Of a DNA stretch of 64,000 nt, positions 22,610-36,301 are shown in pieces (positions within the stretch are counted from its first letter, which is position 1; each line of letters opens with the position of its first letter). The notes below the pieces were generated by a model. It saw nothing but the letters and a program-made list of their open reading frames with translations. It was not told where the DNA came from and did no database searches. The stretch is from contig CBFFRP010000231.1 in assembly GCA_965644295.1 (NCBI GenBank), forward strand, positions 62,001 to 126,000, given 5' to 3'. The position numbers were made by a program, and so were the translations under genes. The stretch is from Paraphysomonas bandaiensis. Taxonomy: Eukaryota; Protista; Chrysophyceae.

Positions 22610-25600
22610 ATGTTAAGTGGAAAGAAACTAGCTGTTACTGAAACACACTTATCGTATTCCAAATACGCGCGTGAATTTCGTAGAGCATTATTAAAACGAG
22701 AGAAATCACATGAAGGAGCCAAGTCACTATTGAAATCTTTATTTAATGAGATGGATAAAGATGGTGATGGAATCGTTACAGACTCTGAATTACGTATGTT
22801 TATTAAATCTGTTCATTCATCTCATTCAATTGAAGACAAAGATGTTGAAAGTAATACAGAGAAGTTTACGAATATACTCTTACAGCAGATAGATATTAAT
22901 CATGATGGGACTGTTTCTTATAATGATTTAGCAGAGTTTTTATGGCCGAAACATGAGAGTACTCGTGAAGTGGGTATTGTATTGGAAGTGGTTCGTGATG
23001 CATTGGTAAATACTATTGGTCACAAACTCATTTCTGCTGCTTCGAATCCGGAGTGTCATGCCAACGATTGCTTTGCTCTTTTAGAAGCTTTCTCCAAAGC
23101 AACTGGGGTGCATATGTTGCGCGGTAAGTTGGTAGAAGTACACTCTCTTAAGAGGGCTCTGCACAAGTTGGTGGGAGCTAATGCACTTTCGGACTATGAG
23201 ATCGAACAACTTATTCATGCTATGGATGCGAATGGTGATGGCGTTATCTCTCCTAAGGAATTCAGAGAGTGGCTCTTCCTTCCTCCGCATGCTACCACCC
23301 CCAAGGGGAAAGATCCACCTGAGAAAGTTTGGGACAGTGACAATCAAATGGAGAATGAAGGGCGAAAAACTGAAGTTGTGACAATGACCATGCAAGAGAT
23401 GGATCAGGTCGACTCTGAGGAGCGGTTCAGAGAGATTAAAGAACAGCTGGATATGCTTGAAGATAATTCAGACAGCGATATGTCAGGTTCTATTCGATGA
23501 ATTATTCCTCTAACTCTGTGAAATGATATGTTTGATTTCCGCAGGTCACTGTCTTGACGTGAATTTATCGTACAGTGATGCCGAGGCAGAGGTGATGGAA
23601 ATAGTTAGAACTTTCCGTTTCGTAATCCTGTTTTGTAGGTTGATTCTGATATAGCCCACCCTGCGGTGGAATCCCCTTCCCGCCCTGTTAATCGGACCGA
23701 ATCTCACGATTTGAGCATATCGGGAGACCTGAATGCATCGTATGCGGAGGAGCAGGATCTCGAGGAACTGAAGATGTATAAGTGGTAAGCTTAGCTCTAG
23801 CTTGTGTATGAGAATGCCTCACTGGAAAACAGGAAGGATGATAGCGACACTGTTCAACGGTTGATGAAGACGTTAACACAGCGCAATGCCGAGTACCGAA
23901 GTCTTGAAATGAGATTTAACCACGTGAAGTTACAAAACGATGCACTTGTGCAACAGGAACGGCAGCTCCGAGATGACCTCAGCAGACTCGAGTTCGAAAG
24001 TGCCGTGGCAGAAGAGAACAATATGCTACTGGAGGTACTTATACAGTGTAACTGTTGTACGTGTATTGAGGGTGTGCATTGGTTTGGGAGTTTGTACCTC
24101 TATTCGAAGCATAATGTAATAAGTTGTACTGCGACATGTCCTTTCAGGAAAAACTGCGCACAATCACGAGTTTCGAGCACAAATCACAGGATGGGCCGGG
24201 TGCAGAAAGCAGCAGCCTACAGGCTCTGCGAGGCGACTTGCTGAGTGCCGCCTCTAGACGGGTAATGTTTGGGCGTGTGTACAATTTAATAGGATGTGAC
24301 GTTGGGTTTCATTTGTTCTAGATTGCGGAACTTGAGAATGATATGAGTTCTTTAAGGGAGAGGACAGAGAGGCGTGAGCAGCAGCTAGAAGAAGAAGCCC
24401 TGAACGCAAGGTCTGAGTGCGAGGCGTATAAAGAGGAGGCAGAAGGGTTAACAGAGCAGCTGGCACAACGCACAGTTCTTTATGCAGCACAAGAAAGACG
24501 GTTTCACTCCGAACAAAGAGCATGGTCGACTCGACGAGACTCTCAGGCTGACGAAATCATTCATCTTCGAGCACGTGTGCAGCAACTAGAATCACAATGT
24601 TCACAGCTCGATCGGGAGCGAATCAACACAATTATGGAATTAAAAGAGTCGCAAGCCGTGCTAACAGATCTACGTGAGGCTTATGAGTCTGACAGATCCC
24701 GACTACTAGAGAGCGAGCAGGAGTTGTCAGTGGCGTTGGGCATGAACCAGTCACTGCAGGATACCGTTAATCGTCTTCGTGGGGCCGATGTGGAGGATAT
24801 TGAACGAGATATGGCTCGAGAAGTGGAGGAAATACGCGCTTCAGCTCAGCGGAGAGAAGAAGACTTGCGGGTGCAACTTGAGGAAGCACGAGAGTTGCTG
24901 CAAAGGGAGGGCTTGCGGATGAACGCTCTAGCGGACGAGAATAGTACTCTGAGGAGGCGTGTAGAGGAGGTAGAAGACTTGCTTCGGGATATAAAAGACT
25001 ACTCTGGTTTTGGAATATCGAACGACGAAAATCGAGTGAATGATACCAGAGTGAGAGATGTCAATCAGAGTGGGGTTGCAGTTGTTAGCGATATCAGCAA
25101 CACCAAAAGTCATACCATGAACACTTCGGACGACGGAATCCAGATTGGTAGTCCTATAAAGGCGAACAGCTCTGATTATAGAGAGAATGAACAAAACCAA
25201 TCGGTAAAAGTCGAAAAAGGCTACTCCCTCAGCTCTGTGTTTTGGAAAATGAAAGTAAATAATAGTGGAGAAGCGGACACAGTGAGTGACATTAGCGATG
25301 TACACAGTATGAGCAGTCCTGGGCGCCGCGTGACTAACTCAAGGGTCGACCAGTACAGACATGTGCCGTCATCTCACAGTGATCACAGAGATGGGGAGAC
25401 AGAAAGTAGGGTGCACTCATTACTGCTGCGCGATCTAATTGAAATTATTCTTCACACACATTTAACCCCAACGAAGACAAGTTTTACTGATATCAGTAGA
25501 AGTCGTGATACGCTGTCGCCACTCCACAAGGCTCTCACACGTTATATTCTTGGTGTGAAGGCTCCGCGATACTCGTCCTCGCGTGATTATTCTACTCTGG

Positions 25601-28600
25601 AATCTTGTGACGACTTTCCTCTGACAGACGAAGAGAACAGGGCCATAGAACGGCTCCTGCACGCCATACGAAGGTTCACTGCAGATATCCCTGAGGCGAT
25701 ACTGAGTGATGCACGTACTCGAGTATCCCAATCGAGTGGAGTGGACAGTTGGGCAGTGCTACGTGACCGCATTTTGAGCGCATATTATCCCCCAGAGCCA
25801 CACAATTCCCAATGTAGATCTGAGCATGGAGTTAGTGAGGCTTTCTTGATTGGAGATGGGGAGAATTCCTGCGAGGAACATACTCACGATGCAAGCTTGC
25901 AGTCTCTACGGGATCAAATCACGTCTCTACAAGAAGCTCTGCGTTCATCTGAAAATAGTATCGTTGAATTATCTGATGAGCGAGATGCTCTTGTTGAGGA
26001 ACTGATGCAGGTGAGGTTAAATTTATCGGCTGCTCAATCCACAAGAGAACAAGCATCAAACAGGGTAAATGCACTTGAAACGCAAGTTACTCTGTTACAG
26101 AGGGACCTGGAGATAGCAAAGAAAGAGAATGGAGATGTTGAACGCCTTGAATCCAAATTGAAGTCTGCTGAGGATGAGGTTAGAGCTGAGCGAGAGCTTG
26201 TTGCTAACCTTCAAGAGGAAAATCATAAATTAGCTGATACAGTGCAAACACAGTTGCAGGAGATATCTACTCTTGAAGCAGAGATCAGTAAACACACATC
26301 TACGCTTAACGATGTGAGATGCGAGTTAGAAAGTGTGAAACACAGCAGTCAAACTATAGCCAGTGAGAAGTCTGCTTTAGTTGAAGAGATTACAGGATTG
26401 AAGCAGCATCTAGAGTCGGAAACGAGTGACTTAAAGCTTCAACTAGAAAATATGCAGTCCGAGCTAAACGCAGCCCTTGAGAGCAGAGAGAAGTATATAG
26501 AAGAGCAATGTGCCCCTCTTTTGACTGAAGTGCATGATCTGAAGAATGAAATTTCGCCACTGCGCTCTGAATTGGAGGCGAAGGTGGCTTCATTACATGA
26601 AATTGAGCTTCAGTATGAAAAATCTCAACATCGAGAAAGAAAGATGTCAGAAGAGATGGATGTTCTCGTGGACGAGGTCCGCCGCCTCAGTTCTGCAGAG
26701 AAGGAATTTGAAAAGGTTCGGAACGAAAGAGAAAATTTGCGGGCACAGTTAGAGAATATTCAGATGGAGCATGCAAGCAAGTTGGATGAAAATGCTAAAC
26801 ATGTTGCCGAGGAGCGGGAAGTATTGGTAGCTGAGCTTAAAAAAGCTAAAAATGTCCTTGTATCAATGAATGTACTAAAAGAAGAGAGGGACTATTTGTC
26901 GGAGAAGCTGAAATCAACTGAGGATGTGTGTAACGAGGTGTCATCTAGACTGGAGGGTGTTGAACTCGAAAAATCGCACCTCTTGCATAGTATTGAATCA
27001 CTTAAGCGGAAGTTGCTCTCATCTACTGGGTCAGACAGTGCTTCACCAGCGGGAGCTACGAAGGATAACAGCGTCGTTTGGAGTAACGAGAAAGCCCGAC
27101 TGGTTAGTCATATTGAGTCATTGGAGGCCGCGGATAAAGAGAAGTCAGAACAAATTGTCCTTCTTGAAACTGAAAAGGATGAAATGTCTGACAAACTGCG
27201 TTCATTTGAAGAGCTATTTGCAGAAGCTTCTGTAAAAATAGAGGCAGCTAAAGATGAAAGGGCGCGACTGCTCAATAAAATAGAGCGCCTTGATACCTGC
27301 GTTATGTCATTAGAATCTGAGAGAGATAGCTCAGAGTGTACGATTGACGAATCAGTGATCAGCAGACTCACACAGGAAAATTGTACTTTGCGTGATGAAA
27401 TCGAAAGCTTACGTGCAGGCTGTAAAGATATCGACGAAAAGAACGATACTCTGTTAGCTGAATTAAATTCATTGAGATATCATAATGCTGACTTGTTAGC
27501 GAAACAAAACCAAGCAGAGGATGGTAATTCCATTAGCAACCCACGGATTTCGCAATCACGCTGGGAGTTCGATATTCAATCTGCGTACAGTCGCTTACAG
27601 GAGCTGAAAAGTGTTCATACTCACATCATCTGTACCGTGTCGGCGTTACAAATACAGCTGAAGGAAAAAGATGTGTCTAGTGATATTGCAACCACGAAAG
27701 CTGATTCCGAAGCACTCGAAAATCAGTGTCCAGAACATAGTGAAATACTTGCTATTGATGTTTCAGCATCACACAACGATATTAGCGATTCGTGTACTTA
27801 TATTTCGTCGACAGAAGAGTCTCTAGCGTCATTACTTACATTGGTTGATGCTTTCCGAGCAGATTTGGATGTGGTGGTAGACATGTTTGAATCTCTTACC
27901 AGTACCACTTCCCCTCACCAAGACGAATGGGCATCAAATGCTACAAAACTGGGATCAGAAGGATTGTCTCCATCCTCTAAGTTTGCTCCGGGGGCTGCGA
28001 AGAGTATTCGGGCACTAGCGAAGGAACGGGATGCGTTGGAGACTAGTCTTTCTTTGATGCAGAAGGAGGTCAATGAGATGCGGTCTGATTTGATGAGGGT
28101 AAATGTGGAGAGGGACAGGTTACAACGTATCGTTGAAATGACACGTCTCGAAAAAAATGCATCCGAAGAGAAAGTGAAGGAGCTGGAAGAGCAAGTAAGT
28201 GAGCTGAAGGACAATGTAGAAGCATTGTCGAGCAGGAATGATGCTCTAAAAGAATGCATAAAGGAGATAGACGTCGACAGAGATGACGTCATATCACGGC
28301 ATGAGACTGAGAAGCAGAAAATTGTAAATGACATGACGGCAATGATAGAGCTGGTTCAGGACGAGAGGGATGACCTTTCTCAGAGGCTGTCTGCTGCAGA
28401 GGCGAAGTATGAAGATTCTACTCTGACCGTATCAAACTTTAGGAAAAGAGAAGAAGAGTTAACTTCGGAAATTGAAAGTCTTAAAGAACAGCTTGCGAAT
28501 TGCGCTGATAGTAGCACAGGCGAAGCTCTATCAGATGTGGTGAAATCACTGGAGGCACGAAATGAAGAAGTGGTTGCTGAGTTTAGTGCACTTGAGCAGG

Positions 28601-31221
28601 AGCGTGATCGTATGATGGACGAGATTGAGCGACTCGCTATGGAGTATTCGAAGAAAGTGAAAACCATTGAGATGGAGAAGGGTGAGATATGGAATGAAGT
28701 TGTTCAGCTGGAGAAAAAGAATAAAGAAGCCGCTGGTGATATTCAGATTTTGGAAAAGACTAATCATTCCCTGTCCAGCAAGTTGGAGGCAGTTGAGATG
28801 GAATTGGTTGAGATGACGAGCAAATATGACGAATGTACAGTCCTGATCAATACTCTTCAGGATGAAACCACTGCTCTTACACGGCAGCTTCGAAGCGGTT
28901 GGACTCGTCAGTTGGAGGACGATAGTGCATCTCGTATTGCGCAGCTGCAAGAAGAACTGGCGGTTTCGAAAGAATCCATCTTGACAATACGACGAGAGAG
29001 AGATGATGCTTTGTCAAAGCTTGAACAGAAGAACAGCGAACTGGAATCTATGAATACTCAGTTGATGTTATTAACGAAGGATAAGACTGAGCTTTCTACA
29101 CAATTGGAGGCAAAGAATTCTGAGACTAATGCGTATGTCTCAGAGGTGGAGAAGCTGAAATCAAACATATCGACATTACAAGCAGAAAAAGCGGCGATGA
29201 AAATAACGTGTGACCATCTGTCCGAAGACTTGGAAGAAGTCGCTCTGGAGCGCGACTCAGTTCAAGAACAACTATTATTGCTCCAAGAAAATAAGCCAGA
29301 GAAAAATCAATCAGGCGCTAACGCAGAGGATATACATTCCCTGAAGAAAGAGCTTGAAAATATGAAAAGTAAATACACAGTGGCTTTGGATAGCAAATCT
29401 AAATACGAAGTGGAGATTGTAAGACTTCAAGATGAAAGTCAACGTCTTCGCACTCGCTTAGATGCATTGAATGCTGAGAAGCGTACTCTAGCTCAGGAGA
29501 GTGTTAATACACCTTCTGGTTGGGTGAAAGAGAAGAGAGAATACGAGGAATTATTGTCTGAAAAAACGTCTACTATAGAGGTGTTAAAAGGAGAGTTAGA
29601 GGGTGTCACAGGTGAGCATACTGTCGCTCTAATTTAATTATCTTATATGTGGTTGTCTTGCAGCACACTGGAGGGCAGAAATGTCAGCCGCTGTGGAACA
29701 TGTAAGAAACTTTTGATTTTAATTCGTGTTTATCATGAGTTACATATAGGTGAAGAGAAAGAGCGCTGAGGAGAGTACCGTAATGAAAGAAAGATTGACA
29801 CATTCTTTTCATGAAGAAGTATCGGTAAGCGAGTTGTTGCGAATTTCGAATAAAATTTTGATGACAAATGGGGTAGTCTCTGCAGAGTCACATTTCCCGA
29901 CTCACATCTGAATTGGAAGACCAGCGTAGCGAATTTGAGCGGAACCAGATGACTAGCCGCACCACGTTGCTTGACAGAGAAAATAAAATCACTGAGCTTC
30001 AAAACAAGTTGCTGGATGCTGAAAATTGTCTTCGTGAGGCAGAAAACAAGCACAGAGAAAAAGAGAGGGCGTTAACAGAAGAAATTCAATCAAGGTATCG
30101 TGAAGAACATAATGCAGAGAAACGTCGATTGGAAACCTCGGCCAAACACGCTCTTGAGGAGAGGGTACAGACAGTTGTTGCAGAGTACAAAATTGAACGC
30201 GATATTATGCAACGGACGATACTTGAGAAGAACCAAACGATTGCCGAGATGACGGCAGAGATGAAGGGGTATGCTCAAAAATTACAAGACAAATGGAAAG
30301 AGGTGAGACAGTAGTGGCATACATTGTGCCCTTATGTTGATGAATGGTATTTAGGCTCGTCGTTCATTGAAGGAAAAGTATTCGAAACGTGTTGACGACG
30401 TTAAGAAACACTGCGACCAGGAAATTCGAGCTTTAGTTGCAATGGTGAAGGCTGAGTGTGAAGATATTTTCCAAGAGGTTGAGAAGGCTTCTCACCAGGA
30501 TTCTCGTTTTGGAGAACAGGGCAGTCAGGGGTTTACCTATAGCCACACCTCTAAGAGTTCACCGAGCCAACGCTACCATGACCACAGTTTTAACGACCAC
30601 TCATCTCACTCACACTCGAAGTATACGTTTCAACCGGAAAAACGGGAAACGAGTACACGCAGCAGTGTGACTTCTCAACGAAGTGGAGTCGTGTTTCAAC
30701 CTGAGATGCTTAGTCCCGAGGAGACACAAGATTTGTTGCGTTCCATACTAAATCGCTCTGCAGTTACCAGTGTCTCCGTTCATAGAAGTGGTGCTGACGT
30801 TGGTGAAGTTCACGTGTACCCTAATCACTCCCCTCATCGCCAAGGTGTAAATGACAGTGATGACAGCCTCGATCATCTCTCCGACCTCCAACGTGAAGGA
30901 CGTTTCAGTGGAGGCGGCCGTAGTACCAGTGTATGGGGAGTTGCTGAGAGCATATCAACGGAGTCGTCACGACCCCCTCCTCCGCCTGATGTACGATCTC
31001 CTCAATCGCGAACACATCATCCTCCTCCAACGGCCTCAGAGTCACCCACTATTAACTCTGATAACCAGCGCATATCCAGAGGTCGCGGGAAAAGTTCGCA
31101 GTCAACAGAAAGTAAGAACCATTCGGAGACGTTTGTGTCACGGAGTAGTGAAGTTGCTACAGCAATCGGAAGAGCCAGAATGGAGAGGATGGTCGAAAAG
31201 TTAGATGCGTTTGTGAAATGA
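22610..31221 (+). CDS. Very large EF-hand + coiled-coil protein (~2600 aa, multi-exon)
   Basis: EF-hand loops DKDGDGIVTDSE, DINHDGTVSYND, DANGDGVISPKE. Long heptad-rich ORFs (24343..29637, 29913.., 30367..) can be joined by short GT-AG introns. Junctions near 29.6-30.4 kb were checked by eye; those at 23.5-24.3 kb are less certain. Confidence 0.75.
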
Positions 31222-31665
31222 ATAATGCAATAATATTCATGTTGTGTGTGCTCTAATAATAGGGTAGTTATTCCAAAGTTTGCCAAAAGGAACTGGGTAT
31301 TTGTCGACCCGTAAGGTGTGAGATGACGATAGGCAGCAACTACAAATAGATATAGTGTATTGGATAGTAGTGCAGAGCTGTAGTGGATTGTAGGAATGAT
31401 TTTATGTTTTAACGAGGTAAATTAGAGCATGGCTGGCTACTTAGACTAATTGAGATACCAGAGTCTCTAACTCTGGTTCTGCTAACCCAAACTATAAGAT
31501 GCCAACAGCTCTAATCTGTACTTCACTTGCTGTGGCAACGGAATGATCCTGTCCCTCTAACATTATCCTTAGAGTCCTTCTTCCTGTCTCGAGCTTAAAA
31601 GGATATTGTACCTCAACATCAGATCCCTCCTCCACAACAAGAATCAATATGATTAAATATATGTC

Positions 31666-32464
31666 TACAGCTACTGGCTAACTACAAGCAACTTCTTCAG
31701 TAAGGATATTGCATCTTATTAATATACTACCTACGATTCCATGGCCACACTCCACCACGGGATAGAGGAAGCAAGGAACAGTGGAGTTTGTCAGAATCTA
31801 AGTAGGACTGCTTACCGATGCCAGGTGTGTGATAGACTCACTGGTCCACAAATGCTTACTGCTGGAGGGATTTGTTTCTACTGCTCGTTTAACCTGCATC
31901 GATTGCAAGGACCAAGCGAATGCGCTGGAAATCCAAGAAGGTCAATGCCATTGTTGCCGAATCAGGAGAGGGGTGTCCGGGCTACTGAGGGGGAGGTATA
32001 CAGTCTACAGGCGCCCTAGATATGAGTGTCATGTTAGGCTACAGAAGGCTGCGACCTCTAAATGTTCCTCTTGCATAAGAAGGAACCTAAGATTAGGGAT
32101 CCAATGGATTTGAAGATTCATAGAAACTCTGCACCAATTAGGAGAGAGGAGGAGGTTGCACACCACCCAATAGTCCAAGCAACAGTTTGCCGCTTATATA
32201 TCTGAGTCTCTACAGCACTCGGAGCGACAGATATATAGGACATGTACCGCCAATGAGGTAATGGATCGTTTCAAGGACCACTTCTAAAAACAGAATCGGA
32301 TAGCAAAGAAGACTTTTGCTACCGTTATATCCCAATTTTCTCAATTAGTATTGGATCGATAAACGAGATTACAGCTACTGGCTAGCTACAAGCAACTTCT
32401 ACGCTAAGGAAATTACATCTTATTGTCAACTATTAGTAATTTACTACCTACAATTTCATGGTCA
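31666..32464 (+). mobile_element. ~800-bp element bounded by diverged direct repeats, enclosing a frameshifted multi-CxxC ORF
   Basis: tacagctactggcta.ctacaagcaacttct...taagga.att.catcttatt...tactacctac.att.catgg.ca occurs at 31666-31747 and 32370-32464. Confidence 0.55.
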
Positions 32465-33804
32465 ACGGAATGACCTTCATTTGCTATACCGATGTATCAG
32501 TCTAAACACTGTAGATGATAATAACTCATCATCAGTGTATAAGGGAATATGTGCATTTAGTATTTCATTATAGTCGATGCGAAATACATCTCGTTCAAAT
32601 GCGTTTGTATGTGCGAGAAGACTTGCTATAGTATAAACACAATACAATACATTCAGGACAACATAGGATACGTAAAGTACAACTGCATCACTGATAGCTC
32701 CGCAATACACAGCAGCTATTGGCCTGGATATGAACTGTAAATTGTAAATATATTCAATCATTGTTCTCATCATCTTTTTTATATCTAGTCTTCATTATAC
32801 ATCTGTTATATCTTTATCTGTTTCTGCTATACCCTTGCATATATCCACAATGAGCTTGTCTTATCATTGTCATGTTAATCAGTAGATCTTGATTCATTGG
32901 TTGATATTAATAATAATTGTATCATTTCGAACATATAATATGTACAAAGCTAAACATATATACATTATAAATCTCGTAGTATAAAATAACCCGATAGCTG
33001 CTTATTTCATAATTGACTTTAATCAGACTTAGTGTTACGTCTTTTTCTCTGTTGCTCTACGTTTTCGTTACTATTTTACTTCCTAGAAACAGTCAGGCAC
33101 ATATGTCTGCAAAAAGTAAAGTCTGGTCTCATATAGAAAATATATATGAACATCATACCTATCGCTCACCAACCTACGCTTAACAATGCCACATCTTTAC
33201 AAGTATAGTACTCATTGGTTGAGTCTCCTTTGCATATATATAGGTATTATTGTATTATCTACATATAGCAGCATTGCTATTGCAACTTACTTAGTATTAG
33301 GGTTAGATATATCATGAACTGAATTAATAATTTTATCTGTTGAAGATACTTGATCATCATTGCCAGTTATACTTCTAACTATTCCGTTGTGTGCGATAGT
33401 TATATAGTTATGTTCTGAATTATTATTCACTTATCTACATTACTGTGTTCATCAATCACATTATGCTCTAATAATCACAACATTATTCTTACTATTACTA
33501 AGCTTAAATCTGCATTCTTAGTCAGCATGGCTTCTGTTATAACTCGACGATTACGATATACCCCTATACTGGACATACTAATACTACATACGACATATAT
33601 AGTTTTCTGAACGAATGTTTTAGCAACAAATTTACAACTGCAATGCGCTCATTTTCTGTATTGAGCCACAAGACCACGAGGTGTGTGTTTACTACTTCAC
33701 AGCAACAAAAAATCATGGATAGAGTTGTATACACTGACTTTACAAATACTACAGTGGCATGAACTAAAATCAAAAATACGGTGCACGAAGCCATCACTCC
33801 CAAT

Positions 33805-34942
33805 TTACACGTCAACTCCCCCATCACTCTTCAGTGGCAACAGTTCCGACTCTTGAAGAGTTCGTTTCTTATTTTTCCTGTAAAACCCCGTGTATTATTC
33901 ATATATTCCAACATAGTGCCACAACATACCGTCGAGCTTTCCGTTGGACTGCGCGGTCCTGCGTGCCCTCAGTATTGGATGACTGTGAGGACTTGATAGC
34001 TGTAGATATTAGAAGCTCAAGGGATAAGACCAATACTTCCGACCAGTGCTTGAAAAAGATATAGTTGTTCCAGTATTTATCGGATACCATAACAAAAAAA
34101 CTTCTTTGTTCTGAAATAGGCACATAATAATTGCTAGAACAAGATCACGACATGCAACAATCACCTGTCCAGAGAACAATTAGCAGAATAGCGATAAAGA
34201 GCTCGATGACCAGCCGCATCACGAAGAACATGTTGGCAGCAACAGTTATGGCTAAAATGCGCCGCACCTGAGGTCGCGTGCTATTCGCATTAATCACACC
34301 GATGGTCGTAAGTACAACCCTGATCTTACTGGAGAACATTGTCATTGCGATGAGAGTTGCAACTGAGGTCAGAGCAAATAAGACCGCATCATACAGAATC
34401 ATTGCTTCTGAATTGTACACCCGACAGAGGAATAACACAATATTAAGACTCTGTACACAGAACAAGAACAACATTGTCAATGCAAATGTCTCCATAGGCC
34501 CTCTGCGTCTCCTGCCTGTACGAGGATGCCGTGCAACTGCTTGTCTTTTATCTAATAAATAACTTGTCTCTGGACTTGTAGGATGTCCAACTTTCTGTAA
34601 CATATGAGCCCAATAACATACTATTAATAGAAATACAGCATATAAACATAAGCTTCCAAATGCACACATGATCTCTGATATCATTATTCCCATCCACCCA
34701 TTGGATTCAAAGGCAATGACGGGGATAGGTACGTATGTTCCTTCTAATACATTAGATGGTATAAAAAACCATATTGAACGTATGATTGCAGTAAGTGTGA
34801 TGGTTGTATAGAAGAGTGTGATGACTTTCCCTCCACCTTTAGGTGAGAAGTAGATGATGGTACGCCATAGTGAGAAGCATGTGATTAGAAGATAAGCTAT
34901 AGCGAGAATGAGATCTTGTGTGAGTTGTTGATGAGTTTCCAT
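33805..34942 (-). CDS. Multi-pass membrane protein, TOM1/THH1/GPR137-like (DUF1084); 3 exons
   Basis: About 7 hydrophobic helices with IIRSIWF, LYAVFLLIVCYWAHML and RRILAITV motifs. Start at ATG 34942. Introns near 34113-34164 and 33879-33929. Confidence 0.7.
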
Positions 34943-35215
34943 TGGATTGGAGAGTGATGGAGGTGGGAGAGGTGGGGGATGAGTATGTATTGAGACTGAG
35001 AGTGTGTTTGTGTGTTGATATGTATGTGCAGTACACTGTCCTCTATACGTACAGAGTATGTATATGTGCTGCTGAATACGTGTATGTGTACATATATATA
35101 TGTGTATGTATGTACTGCATTGTATGTTGAGAAGTGTTCTATTTGAAGTACTGTATACCGGTATACATATGTACAGTTTACTCGCCGTCCTGTCCCTACT
35201 CGCCGTCCCTACAAC

Positions 35216-35320
35216 TACATACATACATACATACATACATACATACATACATACATACATACATACATACATACATACATACATACATACATACATACAT
35301 ACATACATACATACATACAT
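35216..35320. repeat. (CATA)n microsatellite
   Basis: Directly visible. Confidence 0.99.
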
Positions 35321-35347
35321 AGCGGAGGTCAGTACTGTCGAACTATT

Positions 35348-35547
35348 CCAGTTCTTTGGCGGAAATTGATCAACGAAGCCCATAATAAGTGAATGAAAAA
35401 CAAAGGAGATTTTCTCTCACTGGGATCTGTAATACAGTGTACGCATCTGAGAAATATTGTTTCGCAGATCTCAGTGATAGAAAATCCCCTTTGTTTTTCC
35501 CACTCTTAGTATGGGCTTCATTGTTTAGGTATCCTCCAAAGAACTGG
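35348..35547. repeat. ~200-bp imperfect inverted repeat (fold-back; MITE or hairpin RNA)
   Basis: ccagttctttgg pairs with ccaaagaactgg, gaagcccata with tatgggcttc, and gaaaaacaaaggagattttctctcactgggatctg with cagatctcagtgatagaaaatcccctttgtttttc. Confidence 0.85.
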
Positions 35548-36301
35548 TTTGTGTCTATCCTCTCAATGATAGGCTGACGAATGAATCATCAACAAATGCG
35601 TGCAAGAAAAGGAAACTTATTGTACATACAGCTGCTAACCAGATGAATCACAATTCAAGTTCTTATTGAAGTCTTTGAGACTAATGCACTGAACGTATGC
35701 AATGATACGAAAGAAATAGCGGATATGGCCAAAATATATGATACACAACAGGAATATATCACGAAACGTAATGACAGTAGAACGTTAGTTTTCTGTAAAT
35801 GATAGTATAGAGACTTGTATTTCATCGTAACTCTAGTGAACCGCTCTTATAGAGTGTTTGTATTGGTTAGTTGAAAGTGAAGCCCGGCAGCTAAATTACA
35901 TGACGCTGTTTTATTGGTAGCAAATACGATATTTAATAAACGATTGATGTCGGTCAAACATATAACTAACTAATGTCACACTCCTCTGAGTATGAGAAAA
36001 TGCAAGATTTTCGTACCCAATATATCAATATATTCTACGTCCATCGAACACAGCTAACCTGCATTATATTATCAGAAAGAAAACGGGATGCCATGTATAA
36101 CATTCCAACTAGTAATTTTTACACTTATATTTTTACATCGTAACAAAAAATTAAATGCTACCCCCTCATGCTCACCGCACAACAATGAATCTTGCGCATT
36201 GCTTTCCAAAGCTATAATGCTGCATTCTAATCTGAAAACTTATAGTCAGTCCTAAGTACTGCTGTACAGAAACACCAAATAAAATAGACCATTGAAAACA
36301 C

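Noticed and set aside
29700-29912. Apparent in-frame stops suggesting readthrough or an alternative genetic code in the coiled-coil gene
   Set aside because: Fully explained by short GT-AG introns. The standard code fits all genes.
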